From Salpingoeca rosetta (lineage: Eukaryota; Protista; Choanoflagellata): 64,000 nt of DNA. Within the stretch, counting starts at the first letter, position 1. Each line of letters starts with the position of its first letter. The stretch covers positions 933,333 through 997,332 of the forward strand of contig JAWQFM010000012.1 in the NCBI GenBank assembly GCA_033442325.1. The letters run 5' to 3'. The notes under the pieces are model-generated. The model saw nothing but the letters and a program-made list of their open reading frames with translations. It made no database searches and was not told the origin of the DNA. This document shows positions 56,561-64,000 of the stretch, one piece after another. The translations under genes were made by a program, and so were the position numbers.

Positions 56561-59500
56561 GCGCACACTCACACACGCACACTCACACACGTGCACAATC
56601 ACTCACTCTCACTCACTCACTCACACGCCCCCTCACACTTCCCCTCACACACACTCACACACACACACACTCACACACGCACACTCACACACACACTCGC
56701 ATGCACTCCACACAAAAACACTCACACATTCATATACACATACAGGTTCAGCAGCTATTGGGTGTGGTTCACCACGGCAGACGGCAAGTTGCACAAGACA
56801 ACGGTGCACCAGAAGCAATCCACATCGACGTTCTTTGCAGCAGACAAAGAAGACGAGCAGTGGTTCCAACTCACCACAAACACCCGCCCAAGCAGCATGT
56901 GCTTGAGCTCCGATCGACAGTTCCTGCTGGTCGGACACATGGACGGGCAGCTCATCTCCGTGGACGCGGATCTGCGCAGCTCAACCTTGATCGGCCGGGT
57001 CAAGTCCGGTGCTCCAATCTGCACCATCGTCTACGACGAAGCACACTGCTGCTTCTGGACATGCTCATCAGACCTCGGCCTCACGGCGTGGGATGCCAAC
57101 ACCCTGCTGCCCATCTGCTCCGTTGTCCTGCAGGCACCAGAGGAGTGCGCGCGCGACAACCCATACGCGGCGTGCGTCCGCTTTACGAACCGACTCATCG
57201 TCATCAGCACGGGCGAAACACTGCTCAACGCCATGCTGCCACAGGAGTGCATGGCCCACCTCAAGTCGCCGCGACCGCAGCGAACCAACCGCCCGTCCGA
57301 CCTCATCTGCGTCCTCGATGACTGGTTTCCCCCCGAAACCGCGTTCGACACCCCAATGGACCAGCCACGATTGGCTGCGCCGACAGAGACGCACGGGCGG
57401 GCGCAGGGCATGGTGGTGGGGTCACTATCATCACCACCAGTGTCAGCATCGTCATCATCAGCAGCGCGATCACAGCAACAGCAGCAGCAACAACAGCAAC
57501 AACAGCAACCATGGTCGTCGTCGCCGTCGTCTTCATCATCGTCGTCTCACACCACGAGCGATGCTGCTTCCACCAACACCACCGGCAGTGTGAGCAGCGC
57601 CAGCAGCACTGCAGGTGGTGACCACACAGCCCCTCCGGCACACGCAACACGCCAACACCAAGGCCAACAACAACAACAACGACAAGAACAGCGACAAGAA
57701 CAACACCACCATCAACACCATCAACACAAGCAGAAGCAGCAGCACCACAAGCCACCGAGAATACAGCACAAGCACCCGCAGCACATGGAGGTGGCGATTG
57801 GCGCAAACATGTGCGAAGAGCAGCCGCTGCCTGTGGTCGAGGCGCAGCTGCATGTTCTCCTCTCGGACGCCGATCTCTCTGTCCACTCGTTCACGTTTGG
57901 GTTGCAGCAGGAGGTGTGGTGCGGCAGCCACGTGAGCTCTCGCCTCTTTGTCTATGACATTGCATTGCGCAAGATGGCGCTGTCCTGGCTGCTGCAGTGC
58001 ACGGGCATTACCGCCGTTGCCAACCACGCCGACAACGTGTGGGTGGGCACGAAAGAGGGCATGACATATGCGTGGGACGCACGCACGCACGCGCCGCTCA
58101 TGCAAATCTCCTTTCACACAGACATGGTCCGCTGCTTCGCAGGCGCAGGTGCGTTGTGTTTCGTGTGTGCGTTGTGCTTCGTGTTGTGTGTGTTTGTGTG
58201 TGTGTGTACATTTGTGTGTGTATGTGTGCATTTGTGTGTGTGTGTGTGTGTTGTGCTTCGTGTTGTGTGTGTGTGTACGTTTGTGTGTTTGTGTACATGA
58301 TGGAGGCTACTTTGTCCTTCGATTGACCACAGCTCAATCCCTTTCCTTGGCCACCGGTGTGTCCCTGTGCGTGTGTGCAGGTGCGGTGCTTGTGAGCGGC
58401 AGCGGATCTGGAGACGGTTCCATTGTCGTCTGCGACGCCGCCGAACTCTTGAAGCGCAAATGCTTTTCCGTCACGGGATCGTCCGCCCTCGGTACGTGGT
58501 TGCAATGGTGGTGGGGAGCGGTGGAGTAGTGATGGGGAGTGGTGGGGATGGTGTGGAGCGAAGGAGTGACAGTGCTGCGATCGCTACCGAATGATTACGT
58601 GGACAGATACGACTGCCGCCATGCAAGTGTCTCTGTGTCTTGTTCGCGAGCGACTCATCGTGTTGTCGTCATCACCACCACCACCACCACCATCACCACC
58701 ACCATCACATCACCATCACATCACGGGCAGCTGACGGCGACCCTGGTGTCCCGCAGTATTCTGTGGACCGTTATGGGTTCTACCGCATGCACGTGCGAAC
58801 ACACGTTGGCCCCGCCTCTGCTGCCGATGGCAACTGTGGCCACCTTAGACCAACACAGCGCGCGCTCCCAGAATCCTTTGTCGACAAGGTGCGCCCGTGT
58901 CATTTTGTTTTGTGTGTGTGTGCGTGCGTGTGTGTGTGTGTGTACGTGTGTGTGTGCCGTGTAGGTGTGTGTTTGTGTGTACGCGCTCAGTAGATTGCGT
59001 TGCCTTGCGTGTTTGTCTTTGCTCATGCTTTCCCTTGCATATTTCACATGTGGTGTTGTGTCTTGTTGGCAGCACTCTGTATTGCTGGAAGCGTCAGCGC
59101 TGTCACTGAAGGACTTTGAACACTCAACGGCGTACGTTTCAACATCACACCATCGCATGCTTGGTCGTTCGTACCTTTCCCTCTTTTCCACGCAAACAAC
59201 TGCGTGTGTTCGTGTGTGTGTGTGTTTGTGTGTGTATGTGTGCGCGTACACGTGTGTGTGTGTGTTCGTGTGTGTGTGTGCGTGTGTGTGCGTACACGTG
59301 TGTGTCTGTGTGCACATGTTCACTTTTATGTGTGTGAAATGGCATCAGTCATGCATTCCTGCAATCTTGCAAGCATTTCGTCTGACTCGTCTGTTTCAAA
59401 TCATTCACTCTCCACCCATTTGTTCTGTTCAATGCATTCGTATGCGCACGCATGCAACAGTTGGGATGAGCTGAGCGCATATGTGCGCAACATCAATTTG

Positions 59501-60431
59501 CACGAGAGCGTGGCGCCTTCAGAGGTGGACCGTATCCGACAGCACATCATGGAGAAGGTACAGCTCGTTGTGTGTGTTTGTGTGTGTGTGTTTTTTTTGT
59601 GTGTGTTTGTGTGCGTGTGCGTGTGTGTGTGTGCGTGTGTGTGTGTGTGTGCCTGCCTTCAAGCGCGGGGTTGTGAATGCACTCTTCCTGTGTTCGCTTG
59701 AAGTTCAAACCACATCTGATTCCACACGCCCGCCCCTGTGCAATACTCTCACGCTCGCCCGTGTACACGTCCACACCACCGCCCGTGTGCAGAAATGGCT
59801 GTTCCGCGTTGGCATTCCCGAGGAGCACCGCGTATCCATGTGGCGCTGCATCGTTCGCCTCCGCACACACGCAATCAGAAGGGTGCGCTTTGCACATGTT
59901 GTCGCGTGGTGCTATAACTTTGTCTGTCAGTGTGTTTGTGTGTTTGTGCGTGCGTGTGTGCGTGCGTGCGTGTGTGTGTACGTGCGCGTGTGCGTGTGCG
60001 TGTGCGTGTGTGTGTGTGTGTGCGTGTGTGTGTGCGTGTGTGTTATTGCGTTGTGTTGCTGCTGGCAAACGCTTGGCCATTTTCTCCTTGCTACACGTGC
60101 GCATTCACACAATCATCACTCCTCTTCCCGTCCCCTCGAATCCCCTCTAATCCCCAACTCCCCATTATGCGTTGTTTTGGCGGGGCAGTTCAAAAAGCCC
60201 GGCTACTACCAACGCATGCTCGAGTACAAGGGAACAACGCGCACGCCGTTCCCGCAGGCGGAACAGATTGACGTGGATCTGCAGCGCACCTTCCCAAACA
60301 ACATCCACTTCCAGGTGTGGCGTCTGTGTCGTGGGAGCAATCATTCGTTTGAGTGGTTGTTTGTGTGTGCGTGAAGGGATTGAAGCTGCTAATTCCGAGA
60401 AGACTGCTAATTCTCTGGCGGTTGTTCACTG

Positions 60432-60477
<46 letters not shown>

Positions 60478-60642
60478 TCACACACACGTACACACACACA
60501 CACATTCACATTCACACGCACAGACGAAGGATCAGCCGCTCCTGCTTGCGCTTGATCGCATTTTGCGCGCGTTTGGATGGCACAATCCCCGCGTCGGATA
60601 CTGCCAGGTGTGCAGCGAGATGCTGTTGTGTGGAGACAAGAG

Positions 60643-60679
<37 letters not shown>

Positions 60680-62131
60680 GTGTGTGCGCGAGCAGCACCA
60701 GTAACCTCTGTGCTTAACGCTTGTTCACACCCCACACCACCAACATGGCAGGGCCTGGGCCAGCTTGCTGCGTTTGCGCTGCTGATACTTGAGGAGGAGG
60801 ATGCGTTCTGGGCGCTGACGGCGATTGTGGAGGACATTATGACCGCAAACTACTACTGCGCCCCACTGCTCCAGGCACACATCGACATGGACGTTCTTGG
60901 AGGTATGCATCTGCGTTTACGTGTGTTTATCTTGTGTGCATCGTATGTGCGTGTGCGTGTCGAATGTGAGTGTGTTGTTCTGCGTTTCTGAGGGTTTGTG
61001 TTGTTCATTCATTCATTCACCCACGCACCCATCCATCCTTCCTCCCCTGCGTTCATGCGTTGTATCGACTGATGCCGCCACCTTGCGCGTGCTTACGCAC
61101 CGTTCCCCTCAATCACCCACGCCGTCGTCAGACTTGATCAAGCGGTATATGCCGGAGTTGCACGACCACTTTACGGCGGCTGGCGTGCTCCTCCACTTCT
61201 TCCTTAAATGGTATTCGCACGCCTGCGCGCGTTTTCGTTTGGTGCTGATGGATGGGAGGAAGTGCTTTGCATCACGCGTCGCACCACTAGCCTTTCTCTT
61301 TCCGCGCGTGTGCCCCTACCTTCAACAATCTCCCTCAACAGCCTCACACGTGCGCATATCATGTTGCTTCAGGTTCATGACTGCGTTTGTGAACGTGGTG
61401 CCCGCGTTTGTCACGTTCATCATCTGGGATGCGTTTCTTCTCGAAGGCCGAGAGGTGCGCAACGTGGTGTGAAGACGTGTGTGTTCGTGTGTTCGCGCGT
61501 GCGTGTGCGTGTGTGTGTGCGTGTGCGTGTGTGTGTGTGTTCATGTGTGTGTGTGTGTGTGTGTTCGTGTGTGTGTGTGTTCGTGTGTGCGTTCGTGTGG
61601 ATGTCGTGGTTGTTTCATGTCAACATGCACACGAAGCTGAGCTGATTTGCTGACACGTGTGCGACAATCCGCACTGATGCCTGGTTTGTGCCGTCGTAGG
61701 TGATTTTCCGGTTTGCCCTGGCCATCCTCAAGTACCATGAAGAGGCGTTACTCAAGGTGACACAGCCCCCCCCCCCCGGCTGCACACGAACACACACACA
61801 CACACGCACGTACACACACACACACACACACACACATTCACACGCACATTCACACAAACACATCAACGCTCGCATGTGTGTTCCCTTTATGTTTACACGC
61901 AAGACCTCACCATGTGCCTCACCACCATTTCTGCTGCATGTGTGCAGCTTGACAACGAGGACGCGTGCTATTCGTATTTAAAGACAGAGGTGCCCACGAC
62001 GAGCGACGTGGACCGCCTCATGGAGGTGAGAGGAGGATTGTGCTTACTGTCCGCTGGCACGGGGCATTGTGCTTGTTGGTTTTGTGCTGGGTGCATGCTT
62101 TGTGCTTGGGACGCACAGGTACTCACACGCG

Positions 62132-62193
<62 letters not shown>

Positions 62194-62290
62194 GCACGTG
62201 CAGCTGGCGTACAGCTGGGAGGGGTTGGGTGAAGTGGTGGAGGACAGGACAAAACAACACGAAGAGGAGGTCACGCAGAGGCTCGGCTGA
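56243..62290 (+). CDS. WD40-like beta-propeller + TBC (Rab-GAP, TBC1D2-like) protein, multi-exon
   Basis: N-half repeats ([37 protein letters not shown]). C-half DRYGF, GIPEEHR..MW, Arg finger [10 protein letters not shown], Gln finger [28 protein letters not shown]. Confidence 0.88.
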
Positions 62291-62829
62291 AGTTGCAAGG
62301 CTCTTGGTCACTTGGATCGCCACACATACACACACACTCACACACATATTATGCTATGTGATGCGGCATTGCCTGTCTATTACGTTGCGTGTCAGCACAC
62401 TGTGTTCTTAGTCAGTGTTGATGAAAGTGAGAGCAAGACTCGCTTGTGGAGACAACAGTGACATGACATGATGTGTGTGACACGTTGAGACAGCAGTGTG
62501 CGTTCCATTGCACACACGTGCTGTGGCTACCTGCCATCACAATTACGACACCATAAATTGTATTCACCATCTGCACCCAATTGCGCTTTCCGGTGAGAGC
62601 AAATCTGGGCAGAAATCGGGCTTTCTTTGGAAAGTTATTAAAGAATTACGAAAGATGCGTTCGCAAATATTACTGCTCCCTCCTGCGATCGCAACTCTGC
62701 ACAAATCTGCGGAAATCCTGGAATACTTCTTGTGGTGTATGTTGTCCACCCTCCGACTGTGCCTTATGCTGTTGGAAAGCCTAGATTGACGTGCTGACTC
62801 AGCAACATCACTGACCCAAGAGCGCCGAA

Positions 62830-63503
62830 ATGTCCCGCTTGTCCCGGTACTGGTGGCTGTTCGCTGCCATGCTGGAGGACGAGGAGGAGGAGGTGTGTGA
62901 GGTTGCCCAGGCAGTTGTCCAAGTTACACGAGTTGGTGTGGCGCGTCGAGTGCTAACATACCCGAGTCGAGAGTTTCGGGACAGAATCATCTTTCGAGAT
63001 GGGTTTGAGAAGGACTTTCGAATGTCTCGAACCCGATTTGAAGAGCTTATGCAAAGGATTGGACCGCATCTCCCGACACGGCGCAGGGCACAGATCTGCG
63101 ACCGAACATTTGTCGCGGCCGTCATTCACTTCCTGGCGCATGGCAAGACGACCATCAACATCGAGCGTGAATGTGGCATTTCATCAACGCACTTTAACGA
63201 CATGCTTCCTGAGGTAAACCTGCGTTTCGTGTGCGGAGATGCTTTGGGAGGGTGATTAGTTGGGGTCACAGCTCACGTGTCGCTGTGCGTTCATTTGCTA
63301 GTTCCTGTTCGCGATTGTGAAAGGCCTTGCTGGTGTCATCCGCATACCAGAGGGTCCCGAACTTGAGGAGGAGCTAGATGCCTGGGCCAGCGAGGATCCA
63401 TGGCTGAAAGGTTGCATGTGCGCAGGTGACGGAACCCATGTCTACTTCATTCTGAGAGGTACGGCTTTTCCGTGTGTGCGTGTGTGCTTTTTGCTTGCAT
63501 GTC

Positions 63504-63545
<42 letters not shown>

Positions 63546-64000
63546 TGCGTGGTGCTTGCACACAAGTGTGTGTGTGTGTGAGTGCGTGGTGCTTGCACAC
63601 AAGTGTGTGTGAGTGCGTGGTGCTTGCACACAAGTGTGTGTGTGAGTGCGTGGTGCTTGCACACAAGTGTGTGTGTGTGTGTGAGTGCGTGGTGCTTGCA
63701 CACAAGTGTGTGTGTGTGAGTGCGTGGTGCTTGCACACAAGTGTGTGTGAGTGCGTGGTGCTTGCACACAAGTGTGTGTGAGTGCGTGGTGCTTGCACAC
63801 AAGTGTGTGTGTGTGTGAGTGCGTGGTGCTTGCACACAAGTGTGTGTGAGTGCGTGGTGCTTGCACACAAGTGTGTGTGTGAGTGCGTGGTGCTTGCACA
63901 CAAGGGTGTGTGTGTGTGAGTGCGTGGTGCTTGCTGTTGACATCACTGTTCCAGTGTCAATGCTTGCTGAGTCCCCCCCGGTGTGCTGTAAACGTTTCTG
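62830..64000 (+). mobile_element. PIF/Harbinger (HARBI1-like) transposase, 5' part; continues beyond window
   Basis: DFRMSRTRFEEL, IHFLAHG, GISSTH and, in exon 63302-63458, GCMCAGDGTHV containing the first catalytic Asp (DGTH). Confidence 0.85.
63543..63933 (+). repeat. Intronic minisatellite, ~12 copies of GAGTGCGTGGTGCTTGCACACAAG(TG)n
   Basis: Constant 24-bp core separated by variable TG runs; period 31-39 bp. Confidence 0.92.

Noticed and set aside
63543-63933. CRISPR-like repeat-spacer pattern
   Set aside because: The apparent spacers are only variable-length TG runs inside an intron.

Overview
Intron-rich, GC-rich eukaryotic DNA with (GT)n/(CA)n microsatellites in almost every intron and three N-gaps (18577-19190, 21152-21272, 35980-36079). 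The style and gene content suggest a choanoflagellate such as Salpingoeca rosetta (inference). Nearly all CVCV/HTHT ORFs in the track are translated intron microsatellites, so I rebuilt genes by hand from GT..AG boundaries. Genes in order: C2-domain gene (3' part), secreted two-repeat helical protein, MCM5, long coiled-coil (CCDC170-like), IQCE-like, tandem-WGR protein, CENP-H-like, tRNA-Arg(ACG), claudin/LHFPL-like tetraspan, coiled-coil+TM protein, intronless IQ+BAG protein, MPG-fold protein, FANK1-like ankyrin protein, secreted bacterial-type glucose/sorbosone dehydrogenase, STMP1-like microprotein, ERG25-like sterol oxidase, WD40+TBC Rab-GAP, and the start of a Harbinger transposase. The most structured object is an ~8.8-kb Mutator-like element (14727-23564) bounded by perfect 28-bp inverted repeats. 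Its spliced transposase carries five tandemly duplicated, frame-preserving 60-63-nt exons, C2H2 fingers and DDE/SWIM domains. A 7.2-copy 196-bp tandem array follows, and no target-site duplication is visible. All family assignments come from motif recognition, not database searches.
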